Source: an uncultured candidate division Zixibacteria bacterium
GTDB lineage: Bacteria; Zixibacteria; MSB-5A5; UBA10806; 4484-95
Reading direction: 5' to 3'
Assembly: GCA_963668625.2 (NCBI GenBank)
Contig: CAXXKA010000006.1
Coordinates: forward strand, 32,001 to 96,000
Length of the DNA: 64,000 nucleotides
Part shown: in pieces, positions 8,768 to 18,138 of the stretch
How positions within the stretch are numbered: the stretch's first letter is position 1
How the letters are laid out: each line of letters starts with the position of its first letter
Position numbers and translations under genes: made by a program
Notes under the pieces: model-generated
Seen by the model: only the letters and a program-made list of their open reading frames with translations
What the model was told of the DNA's origin: nothing
Database searches by the model: none

Positions 8768-9643
8768 TTATTGCGGCTTACGATAAACCTTCCATTGCGC
8801 AATCCACACGCCTGAAAGCACCATCGCCCCACCTGTTGCTGAATATATTCCGAACGATTCATTGAGGTATGGCACAGCTAGCATGGTTGTTGCTATTGGC
8901 TCGAGATACAGGAATATCCCCGCGCGGGCCGCTCCCAGACGAGCGACACCCTCCTGCCAGAACCAGTGAGCTAAAGCCGTGCCGAATATCCCCAGGTATA
9001 AAAACGCTATCACAACCTCGATAGTGAATTGTTTGATTACCGAGGTATCAAATGTAAATATGATAAAGGCCGTACCGATTATCGTTGGCGTGATTAAAAC
9101 CGTGAATGTCGTGATGAGCGGATCGCAGTCGCGTGAGAGATCACGGGTGAATACCGTGTAGAATCCCCAGGTGAAACACGAGCCGAGCACCAGCCAGTCG
9201 CCGACCGAGGACAGCCAGTTGAGATCGGTGATATCGCCTTTAGATATGAGCAATACTATACCGGCCGTAGCGATTATAATACCGATAGCTGCATACCGGG
9301 TGATACGCTCTTTCAATATGAAATAAGCCAGCACAGCTGTTACCAGTGGCACCGCACCGATAAGCCAGCCCGTGTTTGTGGCCGAGGTGTATTTTATGCC
9401 GGTAAACTGTATAGCAAAATGAGCGGTGATAAATATCGAGCCTAAAATTAATCCGCGTCGATGTCCCTTGAAATCGAATTTCTTTCCTCGCCATCTTATC
9501 AGGGTGTACATCAGGGGAAGACCGATTAGCAGCCGGAAACCCATCAGGTTTATAGGCGAGACATGCTCTAATACGATTTTCGAGGCGACGAAGTTCCAGC
9601 CCCAGATTATCACCGCTAACAGTAAAAATATTGATGCTGCCAT
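8768..9643 (-). CDS. DMT/EamA family transporter
   Basis: IWGWNF, about 10 TM helices, duplicated EamA pattern (LKERI, YLEP). Confidence 0.9.
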   Translation of the reverse strand: MAASIFLLLAVIIWGWNFVASKIVLEHVSPINLMGFRLLIGLPLMYTLIRWRGKKFDFKGHRRGLILGSIFITAHFAIQFTGIKYTSATNTGWLIGAVPLVTAVLAYFILKERITRYAAIGIIIATAGIVLLISKGDITDLNWLSSVGDWLVLGSCFTWGFYTVFTRDLSRDCDPLITTFTVLITPTIIGTAFIIFTFDTSVIKQFTIEVVIAFLYLGIFGTALAHWFWQEGVARLGAARAGIFLYLEPIATTMLAVPYLNESFGIYSATGGAMVLSGVWIAQWKVYRKPQ

Positions 9644-9680
9644 GGCGGGATGATATGATTTTTTCGATACTTATGCAATG

Positions 9681-10343
9681 CTAAAGATCGGATGATATCT
9701 TAGGCGGGATTTTCTCTATCACCACTCCTATACTTAATGCGAAAACAGTCGGTTCATCGCTAAATGATGCTCCGAAACCGATAACTAACGCAAAAGCCGA
9801 TGCTTCTCTTATCCTGAAGTCAATTCCAGTAAGGAAACAGCTATCATCATACTTTTTAGTTCGGTTATCGGATATATCTTTCGTAATATTCGCTAAAGAA
9901 TAACCTATAGATGGATAGCAGGAGATTCTATTGTTTATATCTATTTTTCTGTGAGCGAAACAACTATAAGTGATAATAGTATATCGGTGTGAATTCGTTT
10001 CACTAAGGAGATTAATATTAAAAGAAGCACCCAGTGAAATACCTATAGGAATAGATCCTTTCTGCTTGAGTGGATGCAGCATAGCTGACGGGCCGAAAAA
10101 GGTGGTATATTTCCTTGAGGCAGTGGATTTGTTTCTACTGGCTCCTAACCCGAAATCGAAATACGATTGAAGCGATGCGCTGAAATCAAACGCGAATGAT
10201 TCGGCGCCCTCCTGCTTGCCAATACCTCCTGAAAAGCCATAGCCCGCTTTACCGGTATCTAAAAACTGCCCCTGGGCAAAACATGCGGCAGAAATAGCTA
10301 AAATAAAAATGATTGATTTCGATAGTGTTTTAATAGTGTTCAT
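9681..10343 (-). CDS. Hypothetical exported protein, probable small outer-membrane beta-barrel
   Basis: Signal peptide (ACFA-Q) and alternating hydrophobic beta-strand pattern. Confidence 0.55.
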   Translation of the reverse strand: MNTIKTLSKSIIFILAISAACFAQGQFLDTGKAGYGFSGGIGKQEGAESFAFDFSASLQSYFDFGLGASRNKSTASRKYTTFFGPSAMLHPLKQKGSIPIGISLGASFNINLLSETNSHRYTIITYSCFAHRKIDINNRISCYPSIGYSLANITKDISDNRTKKYDDSCFLTGIDFRIREASAFALVIGFGASFSDEPTVFALSIGVVIEKIPPKISSDL

Positions 10344-10483
10344 AAAATATCCCTTCTTATATTATCCCTTTAGCTCAATATAATGATCCTGAGTATTTTA
10401 ATGCAATTAAATCTTGAGCTTTCGAGTAATATTTTGTATTGTTCGTATGAGTTTGGGTATTAAAATTCAATAGGGAGAACAAT

Positions 10484-11014
10484 ATGAAAACGAAAGCAGC
10501 TATCCTGGTAGTAGTGGTGCTGGTAATTTCAACTGCCGTTATTTTCGCGGCTGGCAAATCCTGGTTCGATAGAGCTAATTGCGACTATTGCAAAAACTTT
10601 CTCGATGAGAAAGGATTGATGGAGCATATATCGAAATGGGAGCATCACAATGTGAAAAACGGCGCGGTTACGATAACGGTTATCGATCCTGAATACATTC
10701 CAGCTTTCAAGCGCGCCATGGGTAAAATGCAGGATGTTGCCAGTAAAGAGATGGCCGGAGAGGAAGTAAAAACCTGCGGTATGTGCGATGCCTACAGCTC
10801 GATATATGCTCATGGCGCCGAGTGGGATGTGGTAGAGTCAGGTGACATGATAATCTCGCTTTTGTGGTCAAGCAATCCCGAGGTGGTCGCCGAGATTCAT
10901 GCCGCTGTTGACCGCACCAACAAAGAGCTGGCTTTGATATCAAAGATGAACGAGACCGGTGAGATGAATAAAGCGAAGATGCAGGAACATCATAAGGAGA
11001 AGGATCATAAATAA
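10484..11014 (+). CDS. Exported hypothetical protein with two CxxC motifs
   Basis: RBS GGGAG, signal peptide, CDYC and CGMC motifs, His-rich tail. Confidence 0.75.
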   Translation: MKTKAAILVVVVLVISTAVIFAAGKSWFDRANCDYCKNFLDEKGLMEHISKWEHHNVKNGAVTITVIDPEYIPAFKRAMGKMQDVASKEMAGEEVKTCGMCDAYSSIYAHGAEWDVVESGDMIISLLWSSNPEVVAEIHAAVDRTNKELALISKMNETGEMNKAKMQEHHKEKDHK

Positions 11015-11034
11015 ACTTTGTGTTTGATCTCACC

Positions 11035-11079
11035 TGTCATCGCGAGGAAGTTCGCCGCAGCGGACGGACGAGGCAATCC
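11035..11079. repeat. Short REP-like palindromic element (TGTCATCGCGAGG...CGAGGCAATCC type)
   Basis: Resembles the widespread GTCATTGCGAG...GCAATC intergenic palindrome class; single copy in this window. Confidence 0.4.
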
Positions 11080-11118
11080 GTTGAATTTTAGTAGAGCATT
11101 CTGCAACAGCAATAAAAT

Positions 11119-11152
11119 GACAAAGGGCGTATCAAACGATACGCCCTTTGTC
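11119..11152. terminator. Probable bidirectional terminator hairpin between convergent genes
   Basis: Perfect 15-bp stem GACAAAGGGCGTATC-aaac-GATACGCCCTTTGTC. Confidence 0.7.
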
Positions 11153-12165
11153 TATTTCCCTAATCTCTCTTTCAACCACTCGACCTGTTTCTCAGGCCCC
11201 TTTATTTTCTTGTCCCACTCGGGATCGGGATCGCGGAAGTAGATATCGTAGCGAAGAGTCTTGATACCCTCGATAGAACCGAACTCGCGATTTGCACCGA
11301 ACATCTGCTCGAAAAACAACGGGTAGTTGTATTCCTCATCCAACTCGATCATCTCAGAGCGCGAGAGAGTATTAAGCGCCGCGCCAACTAAAGCTGTCTG
11401 ATGAATGAATATCTTGTTGGTGATATCCTCCTGGCACATCCTGACCAGAGTTGAATCTGTATAGAGCTTTTCGAAATCCTCGCTCCATTTTTGAAGAATG
11501 CCCTTTTGCGGTCGAACTACGAGTAAACCGGCGTTGAAATAAGCGTTGACCTTCTGCTGGTCGGCGGGCGTAGTCATCTCGAAAAGCGACTCGGATTTGA
11601 TATCGAGCACCTCGTAAATCCTGGCCCAGAACGGATTGGGCGGCTTGCCGTAAAGCGTACCGGAGCGGTTATGCATGACAGGTCGATAAGCGAAACTGAT
11701 ATTCGGATCGAGTAAAAACTCTGTCGGTTCCTGCAGCACGATGGTATCATCATCCATCCACACCAGGTAGTCGTACTCATTCTCGGCTCGCTTCTCGCAT
11801 AAACCGGAGGCGAACACCTTACCGGCGAAATAGAATTTCAGCGCCTCATCAGGAGCGGAGCTCGAGAACACTTCAACATTCAGCGATTTGAAACGCTCCC
11901 GGGTTTGCTCCAGATCGAGATTGTTATAGTCGGCTAAGTACAGCCATATCGGCGCGTTTTTAGCTTTACCGCCAAACTCACGGATGCTTTCGGCGAGATA
12001 GTATATGTGATCGAGTTGTTCTTCATCCTCGGCAAACGAGGCGAACACCAGCGGTTTTTTCTGCGGAGCTTGCGGCATCTCATTCTCCTCCGTTAACTGG
12101 CAATAGCCGATTGAAAAGATTAAGGGTATAAGTAAGAGGTATATAATCGTGATTTTGTTAATCAT
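11152..12165 (-). CDS. Exported GT-A / glycosyltransferase family 8-like protein
   Basis: Signal peptide; YDYLVWMDDDTIV (DxD), YFNAGLLV, HQTAL and YNYP motifs. Confidence 0.65.
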   Translation of the reverse strand: MINKITIIYLLLIPLIFSIGYCQLTEENEMPQAPQKKPLVFASFAEDEEQLDHIYYLAESIREFGGKAKNAPIWLYLADYNNLDLEQTRERFKSLNVEVFSSSAPDEALKFYFAGKVFASGLCEKRAENEYDYLVWMDDDTIVLQEPTEFLLDPNISFAYRPVMHNRSGTLYGKPPNPFWARIYEVLDIKSESLFEMTTPADQQKVNAYFNAGLLVVRPQKGILQKWSEDFEKLYTDSTLVRMCQEDITNKIFIHQTALVGAALNTLSRSEMIELDEEYNYPLFFEQMFGANREFGSIEGIKTLRYDIYFRDPDPEWDKKIKGPEKQVEWLKERLGK

Positions 12166-12274
12166 CTTTACACCTTCGTACTCAGGTTACGGTAGATGGC
12201 GGTTGGTTGTTGCGTTTTGGTGTTCTCAATCTAATAAATGATTGAAATATTGTTTGTCGGATATAGAAGGCCAT

Positions 12275-12721
12275 TCAAGTAAGCATAGAATTATCAATAT
12301 TATTTGAAGGATCAGAAATGATATTGATTGTATTTAATAGATCATTAGCTATAATAAATGCCGAATCTGCAGCTGTTTTAAAACCATTATCAATTTTCTC
12401 AAAATTAGACATTCTATAATCAGAATCTTCTCTCATTTCTTTCAATTCTTCCAAACCTGCGCCAATATACCTTACATTCTTGCTATTAGATGAATAGAGT
12501 AAATCAATAATCAACCTATGACTGCCTTTTAATGCTCTACTATAAATCGATAAGTCTTTTTGGAGTTTCTTATCTAATTCAATTTTAATAAGATTATGTA
12601 ATGAATAATAAAACCGGCTAATAGCACATCTATACCTCGTTTCCTCTAAAGAAATATCAATTGCGCTATTATTCTTTAAGCAGGTAGCGATTCTGAAATA
12701 ATTATTCCAATCATAACTCAT
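12275..12721 (-). CDS. HEPN-domain protein (UPF0332-like), putative RNase toxin
   Basis: YDWNNY...YRCAISRFYYS...GSH...LKEMREDSDY matches the R-S/C-AISRAYY...H...R-x-x-A/S-DY HEPN pattern. Confidence 0.8.
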   Translation of the reverse strand: MSYDWNNYFRIATCLKNNSAIDISLEETRYRCAISRFYYSLHNLIKIELDKKLQKDLSIYSRALKGSHRLIIDLLYSSNSKNVRYIGAGLEELKEMREDSDYRMSNFEKIDNGFKTAADSAFIIANDLLNTINIISDPSNNIDNSMLT

Positions 12722-13440
12722 TGAATAGCCACACTAAAAACGATTCTTACATCCAAAGGATCGTAATACTCCAAAAACCAATCCAGTTTAAACTTCTTTA
12801 ATCTTTTATGAGATTCCAATAAATCAAAATTAGTTGAAATTACAATTCTTAACTTGGGTGGTTCAGGCTCTTCGAAATCTTCGAGTAATTCTATAGTTAA
12901 ACTAATTTCATTGTTAAAATAATATGAAGCGTTTGTATGTATATCATTAAGTATCTCTAGGTAATGTGAATTTTCTTTTAAAAACTTCAACAAAGATTTG
13001 TTATTTGTGAAATTGTATTTAAGATAAATATCAGCAATAGAATATTGTTCATGTGCCTTTTTAAGAACACAGTACCAATTTAAGTCTAAGTTAGTAGAAA
13101 ATGAAATCCCCATATTATCAAAAAGATGTTTCCCGAAATTATAAGCCCAACTAAAATTCCTTACATTTACTGTACTTCTATTTTCAACAATGTCATCAAT
13201 GCTAAAAGGATTAATAACTTGTACGTTTCCATTAATACGAGGTAGTATTTCTTGATTAGAATTAATATGAGAATTCCTGAGAAGGAAAACAGAATTTGCT
13301 ATAGCTTCGCATGACGATGGAGTAATAGAAATTCTTGGAGAACGCTTAACTTGAACGTCTTTGCTTAGCTTGGTAAAAGTTAGCAAATCCTCGTTATATG
13401 GAGGATTGGTAAAATCACCTACGGTTAAGTGTGTTCCCAT
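12718..13440 (-). CDS. Hypothetical protein with C-terminal HEPN-partner (antitoxin/MNT-like) domain
   Basis: C-terminal ~95 aa (FLKENSHYLEIL...YF...LELLEDFEE...LKKFKLDWFL...IVFSV) resemble small proteins found upstream of this HEPN type (from recall). ATGA overlap with HEPN. Confidence 0.55.
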   Translation of the reverse strand: MGTHLTVGDFTNPPYNEDLLTFTKLSKDVQVKRSPRISITPSSCEAIANSVFLLRNSHINSNQEILPRINGNVQVINPFSIDDIVENRSTVNVRNFSWAYNFGKHLFDNMGISFSTNLDLNWYCVLKKAHEQYSIADIYLKYNFTNNKSLLKFLKENSHYLEILNDIHTNASYYFNNEISLTIELLEDFEEPEPPKLRIVISTNFDLLESHKRLKKFKLDWFLEYYDPLDVRIVFSVAIQ

Positions 13441-13442
13441 TA

Positions 13443-14171
13443 TTAGTTAAACTCCTGAAGTAATTTTTCTGCTATACATAATCCAAATGCTTTGTTTAAA
13501 TGGTCATGAGCTATATCTAGCCATTTCGTCGTAGAATCGATGGAAATAGATTCAGGATTTACCGAAAAGTATTCAAGATGAAGGGATATAAAATGCTTTT
13601 TATCCCTAGGTGGCTCTTTTGAAAATAAGGTTATTCTTAAAAAATCATTATCGCTGTTTTTGGGAAATGATGCACCTGCTATCATTGGCCCAGCTGCTGA
13701 TCCAAGTTCAGATGTAAATTCCGGCCTAAAATGAAAGTAGTCTTCCATGTCTAAAACATCTTGTTCAAAATAAATATGATTCTTGTATTCTAATTTAATA
13801 CGGCTTAATTCTTTTAACTCAGTAATTTCAATATAATGCTTAAAAGCAGTATTAATGATTGGTGAGAAATCATTCCAATTGCTATATGGTTTTTTTTGGT
13901 GAATTGAAATCTGATTACTGCCAACATCTAAATAAGTATTGTTTGTATTATTTAGAAATTGTTGGATGTTAATTTCAATAGGTTTAGGGATAACTTTGCT
14001 ATCAATTTCTTCATATATAAAATCATTGAAAACGGTTTTAGTTTTTTGCGGGAATAGCTTTTTAATTTTTTCGTGCAGTAATCCGTAAAATGTTAAATCC
14101 TCACAAGAATCATTAAAAACAAAACTACATACAACTTCTTCTAACGGAGGATTCTTTAATTTTTCTACCAT
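13443..14171 (-). CDS. TIGR04255 family protein
   Basis: LKNPPLEEVVCSF, PYSNWNDF, SRIKLEYKNHI (variant of RxGLRYINxI), WLDIAHDHLNKAF. Confidence 0.8.
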   Translation of the reverse strand: MVEKLKNPPLEEVVCSFVFNDSCEDLTFYGLLHEKIKKLFPQKTKTVFNDFIYEEIDSKVIPKPIEINIQQFLNNTNNTYLDVGSNQISIHQKKPYSNWNDFSPIINTAFKHYIEITELKELSRIKLEYKNHIYFEQDVLDMEDYFHFRPEFTSELGSAAGPMIAGASFPKNSDNDFLRITLFSKEPPRDKKHFISLHLEYFSVNPESISIDSTTKWLDIAHDHLNKAFGLCIAEKLLQEFN

Positions 14172-14236
14172 ATTTCAACCTTTGAAAATCTACAATTACA
14201 TAATACAGTTTTCGGCCTAAATTGGCAAGTATTTAA

Positions 14237-15238
14237 TCATTCCTTCACATCCGCCAGCAGCTTATCCACGATATCCAGCGAGGTTACGCTTTCGGCCTCG
14301 GCGGCGAATGAGGTCACTATGCGATGACGAAGCACCGGGCGGGCGACCGCCTGCACATCCTCTATCGAGGGGGTAGTACGGCCCTGGAGAATGGCTCGGG
14401 TCTTGGCGCCTAATATCAGGTACTGCGAGGCACGCGGGCCTGCTCCCCAGCTTACCCATTTCTGCACGTAATCGGGAGCTTCGGAGCCCTCGCCGATACG
14501 GGTGGCACGAGCCAGTTTTACCGCATAAGCTATTACATGATCGGATACCGGCACGCGGCGTACCAGGTCCTGCAATGTTACGATCTCCTCGGCTTTCATG
14601 ATCACATCGACCTCGGAGGTGTAGGCCGAGGTGGTAGTACGCACGATCTCGTTTTCCTCCTCCTGCGAGGGGTAGTCGACATAAATATTGAACATGAAAC
14701 GGTCAAGCTGCGCCTCGGGCAGGGGATAGGTACCCTCCAGCTCGATCGGATTCTGGGTTGCCAGTACGAAAAACGGCTCCTCCAGCTTGAACGTGTTCGA
14801 TCCGGCTGTCACCTCGTGCTCCTGCATAGCCTGAAGAAGCGCTGCCTGGGTTTTAGGCGGGGTACGGTTTATCTCATCAGCTAACACGATATTGGCGAAC
14901 ACGGGGCCGCGCACGAATTTAAACTCGCGTGAACCGGTGGTTTTGTTCTCCTCAATTATCTCGGTGCCGGTGATATCGGAGGGCATGAGATCGGGGGTGA
15001 ACTGTATGCGGGAGAAATCCAGGTCGAGCGTTTTTGAAAGCGAGGATATCATCAGGGTTTTAGCCAGGCCGGGTACGCCTACCAGAAGGCAGTGACCGCG
15101 AGCGAGTATCGCTATCAGAAGTTCCTCTATTACTCTATCCTGCCCGACAATTACTTTGCCCAGTTCTTTTTTTATGCGACTGAAACCATCATTTAACCGT
15201 TCAACTGCTGCCAGATCGCCTTTTTCTGATGCCATCAT
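14237..15238 (-). CDS. MoxR-family AAA+ ATPase
   Basis: GVPGLAKT, RIQFTPDLMPSDITG, LADEINR, ATQNPIE, LPEAQLDRF. Confidence 0.95.
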   Translation of the reverse strand: MMASEKGDLAAVERLNDGFSRIKKELGKVIVGQDRVIEELLIAILARGHCLLVGVPGLAKTLMISSLSKTLDLDFSRIQFTPDLMPSDITGTEIIEENKTTGSREFKFVRGPVFANIVLADEINRTPPKTQAALLQAMQEHEVTAGSNTFKLEEPFFVLATQNPIELEGTYPLPEAQLDRFMFNIYVDYPSQEEENEIVRTTTSAYTSEVDVIMKAEEIVTLQDLVRRVPVSDHVIAYAVKLARATRIGEGSEAPDYVQKWVSWGAGPRASQYLILGAKTRAILQGRTTPSIEDVQAVARPVLRHRIVTSFAAEAESVTSLDIVDKLLADVKE

Positions 15239-15509
15239 TCCTCCAGAGTTTATTCGAGATTAGGAGATTAGTCGATTTATTTGGGCTTAACTTCCGTTGA
15301 TTGCGAGGTTCCCGTACGGTAAAGCATCCCTTTCGGGACTTTTACGGGAATAATACGCGCTTTTAGGATAAAATGAATAAATCCCAATGTATTCTCTCCG
15401 TTTTGCCCATATTTTATATCATCTATATTATACGCATTTGAAACTCGATATGGTATTTTTTTGTTGATTTTTATGGCAGTTGAGAATAAAACCACAATCC
15501 GGTGAATAT

Positions 15510-16079
15510 ATGGATATTCTTGATTTTATTAAATCCCGACGGTCTATACGAAAATTCCTCGATAAACCTGTCGACAAAGAACATCTCGATAAAATACTCG
15601 AGGCGGCCAGGTGGGCGCCCTCGGCTGGTAATTGCCAACCCTGGCGGTTTATCGTGGTAACCAACCGCAAGAAGATAAAGAAATTCGACCCGTTCTTTCA
15701 TCAACCGTGGGTGATGAATGCTCCTACGATCATCGTGGTTCTTTCGGCGCCGGAGGATAGCCGTAAGCGCTACGGCCCGACCAGCGAGTGGTACATCCAG
15801 GATTGCGCCGCGGCTACCCAGAACATCTTGCTTATGTCTCACGGGCTTGGCCTGGGGGCTGTCTGGATAGGCGCTTTCAGCAAAGAGGATGTCAGGAAGG
15901 AACTCGGGATACCGTCTCAATACGAGGTTTTCGGCCTGGTTTGTCTGGGACATTATAAGCATGAGGCAGAAATTTCCCTGGATGGATACGTGTTCTCGAA
16001 CAATGAACGTCGCCGACGTAAAAGCCTGGAAATGATAGCATTTCGGGAAAACCTGGATCGATCCTGGAACAGCGAATAA
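15510..16079 (+). CDS. Nitroreductase family protein
   Basis: RRSIRKF, APSAGNCQPWRF, QNILL, GLGAVWIG. Confidence 0.92.
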   Translation: MDILDFIKSRRSIRKFLDKPVDKEHLDKILEAARWAPSAGNCQPWRFIVVTNRKKIKKFDPFFHQPWVMNAPTIIVVLSAPEDSRKRYGPTSEWYIQDCAAATQNILLMSHGLGLGAVWIGAFSKEDVRKELGIPSQYEVFGLVCLGHYKHEAEISLDGYVFSNNERRRRKSLEMIAFRENLDRSWNSE

Positions 16080-16178
16080 AGCTCTTTGATTAAAAGCGAA
16101 TTCTTGTTATATTATAGCCGGAGTAATTGAGGATTGAGAAACATATAGTCTGGCTTTCTTGATCGGAGGTATAATAGT

Positions 16179-17459
16179 ATGAATTCTTTGAAATTTATCC
16201 TGATTGCCATTGTTATCTTTATTGCGAGCCAATACGTGATGGCATTCGAGTGGGAACATATCGGTTTGGGTGGCAGCACGGTTATCTCATTAGCAGTCGA
16301 TCCTGATGATAGTGAGCGCATATTGGCCGGCACAGAGACCGGTCTATATTTAACCTCCAATAGCGGAAGTCTCTGGTCGATGAAAATAGCAGCGAACCTG
16401 TTGTTCCCCGATGTCGCCTGGGCGCCTCTGGCAACCGATTCGATATTATGTCTGGCCGGCGGCGGTTCTTACAGTGATGGTATCTATATCTCGGAGAATG
16501 GCGGTATAGGCTGGTCGGTAATCGGTTACTATGTTGACCCCCGTCAATTCGGTTTCGATATGGCAAATCCCGGTTTGATGTATTTTTGTTTCGATAACGG
16601 CATTTTGAAATCCGAGAATTACGGCTCGACTTTCGCTACGGCTAATAATGGTTTACCGGCCACTGATATCAGCGATGTTATGGGGGATGGCAGGAACGGT
16701 CTGGAGGCTTACGCCGCGGGCACTAATTTCCTGGTTCACACCGATAATTTCGCCAATACCTGGAGCGTAATGACAGGCGCGTTTAACGAACAAGGTCATT
16801 TTCCTAATCGCATCGCTTATGAGCCCAGCGCTTCAGAAACGTTGTATGTTAGCTGTAGCCAATCCGTAGCTGTTTCCTATAACGGCGGAGTAAGTTGGTC
16901 ATTTACGGAATTATCGGAATCCGATATCACTCCTATAGCCTGCAACTCGTCGATTCCCGGAGAGCTTTATATCGGCTCCGCTGCCGGTGGCGGTGTATTA
17001 AAATCAGAGGATTATGCGGTATCGTTTTATCCGATTAACTCCGATTTAGCTAACCTGAATGTTCACAGCCTGGCGATCACCCCTGATAATTACCTTCTGG
17101 CGGGTACCGCAAATGGCGTTTATAAAGTCAACCTGGCAACTGTAGGCGCCGGGGGAGATCATGCGATTCTGCCTCCGAGAACATATAAAATTAGCCAGAA
17201 TTATCCAAATCCGTTTAACGCTTCGACCACTTTCAATTTGAACCTCGATCCAGCCGAACACGTTAGGCTTGAGGTGTTCGATATCACCGGCAGGCTGGTT
17301 AAAACCCTGTATGATCACTATAGTGAGGACTATGGCTCGGTTAGTATAGTTTGGGATGGCACGGATAATAGCGGGGCTAATGTAGCCACCGGCGTATATT
17401 TCTACCGTCTGATAACCGATGATGAGAAAATTTGCAAACGGATGACGTTTATAAAATAG
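16179..17459 (+). CDS. Secreted BNR/sialidase-like beta-propeller protein with FlgD/T9SS-type C-terminal domain
   Basis: Signal peptide; repeated S-x-[ND]-x-G-x-x-W (Asp-box); QNYPNPFN...WDGTD...GVYFY. Confidence 0.8.
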   Translation: MNSLKFILIAIVIFIASQYVMAFEWEHIGLGGSTVISLAVDPDDSERILAGTETGLYLTSNSGSLWSMKIAANLLFPDVAWAPLATDSILCLAGGGSYSDGIYISENGGIGWSVIGYYVDPRQFGFDMANPGLMYFCFDNGILKSENYGSTFATANNGLPATDISDVMGDGRNGLEAYAAGTNFLVHTDNFANTWSVMTGAFNEQGHFPNRIAYEPSASETLYVSCSQSVAVSYNGGVSWSFTELSESDITPIACNSSIPGELYIGSAAGGGVLKSEDYAVSFYPINSDLANLNVHSLAITPDNYLLAGTANGVYKVNLATVGAGGDHAILPPRTYKISQNYPNPFNASTTFNLNLDPAEHVRLEVFDITGRLVKTLYDHYSEDYGSVSIVWDGTDNSGANVATGVYFYRLITDDEKICKRMTFIK

Positions 17460-17500
17460 TGCCTGCGGATTAATCTAGAAAAACTAATAAGTTATTGTTA

Positions 17501-17533
17501 GCAGGGTCGTTCAACCGAACGTCCCTGTTTTTT
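17501..17533 (+). terminator. Rho-independent terminator
   Basis: CAGGG.CGTTC-aacc-GAACG.CCCTG followed by a T-run. Confidence 0.6.
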
Positions 17534-17536
17534 GAT

Positions 17537-18051
17537 CCTAAAAACCACCGGTTTATCCAGTGTGTTAGTTTGAGGCGAAGCATTTGCAGAAAATTGTATT
17601 ATCAACAGCTACGACTGATTCTCTCAATATTGTCACTATCCTATATCTGTCCTTACCTCGGAGGAGCTTGTTGAAAAAGTACTTGTTGGATGACGGTGGT
17701 GTCAGGAATCCATTCCTGACACCTGATTTCATGCGGCATGTCGCCGGGAAAGGATGAACAAAGGACTTCGTCCACCCAGCGACTCATGCAAATGGCTTTT
17801 TCAACAACCCCGGAGTATGTAATCCAGTATGGCCTTTTCTTTTTATAACACTAGACTCTATTTCTCTTTAGTTAGCTTATATATAGGGGAGACAGAACGA
17901 AGTTTTTAGAATACGGCGGGTTACAAAATCGGAGTTTTGTAACCAGTACAGCCCTTCCCCACCCCTGGATCCTGAATCAAGTTCAGGATGACACAGCCGG
18001 CTTAAGCCGGCAGGATAAAAGCCACCAACCCTGCGGCCGGCGGTAGTTTAC
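17537..18051 (+). mobile_element. Non-autonomous IS200/IS605-like palindromic element (copy A) carrying nested MITE and REP-like inserts
   Basis: Follows TTGAT, starts CCTAAAAACCACCGG and ends GGTAGTTTAC. Collinear with 22287-22529 apart from the inserts. Confidence 0.7.
17664..17811 (+). mobile_element. 148-bp MITE
   Basis: TIRs GAGCTTGTTGAAAAAG / CTTTTTCAACAACCCC; 4-bp target duplication GGAG; absent at the equivalent position of copy B. Confidence 0.9.
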
Positions 18052-18138
18052 TTCGAGCAGTTTAGAGTTGATTTTATTTAGTGATTAAAATATTTGCTAA
18101 CTTGACTTTTAAGCTAAATAGTCATTATCTTGAACCTC

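Noticed and set aside
15277-15962. Minus-strand ORFs of 72-163 aa
   Set aside because: Antisense to the well-supported nitroreductase or within its promoter region; no motifs.
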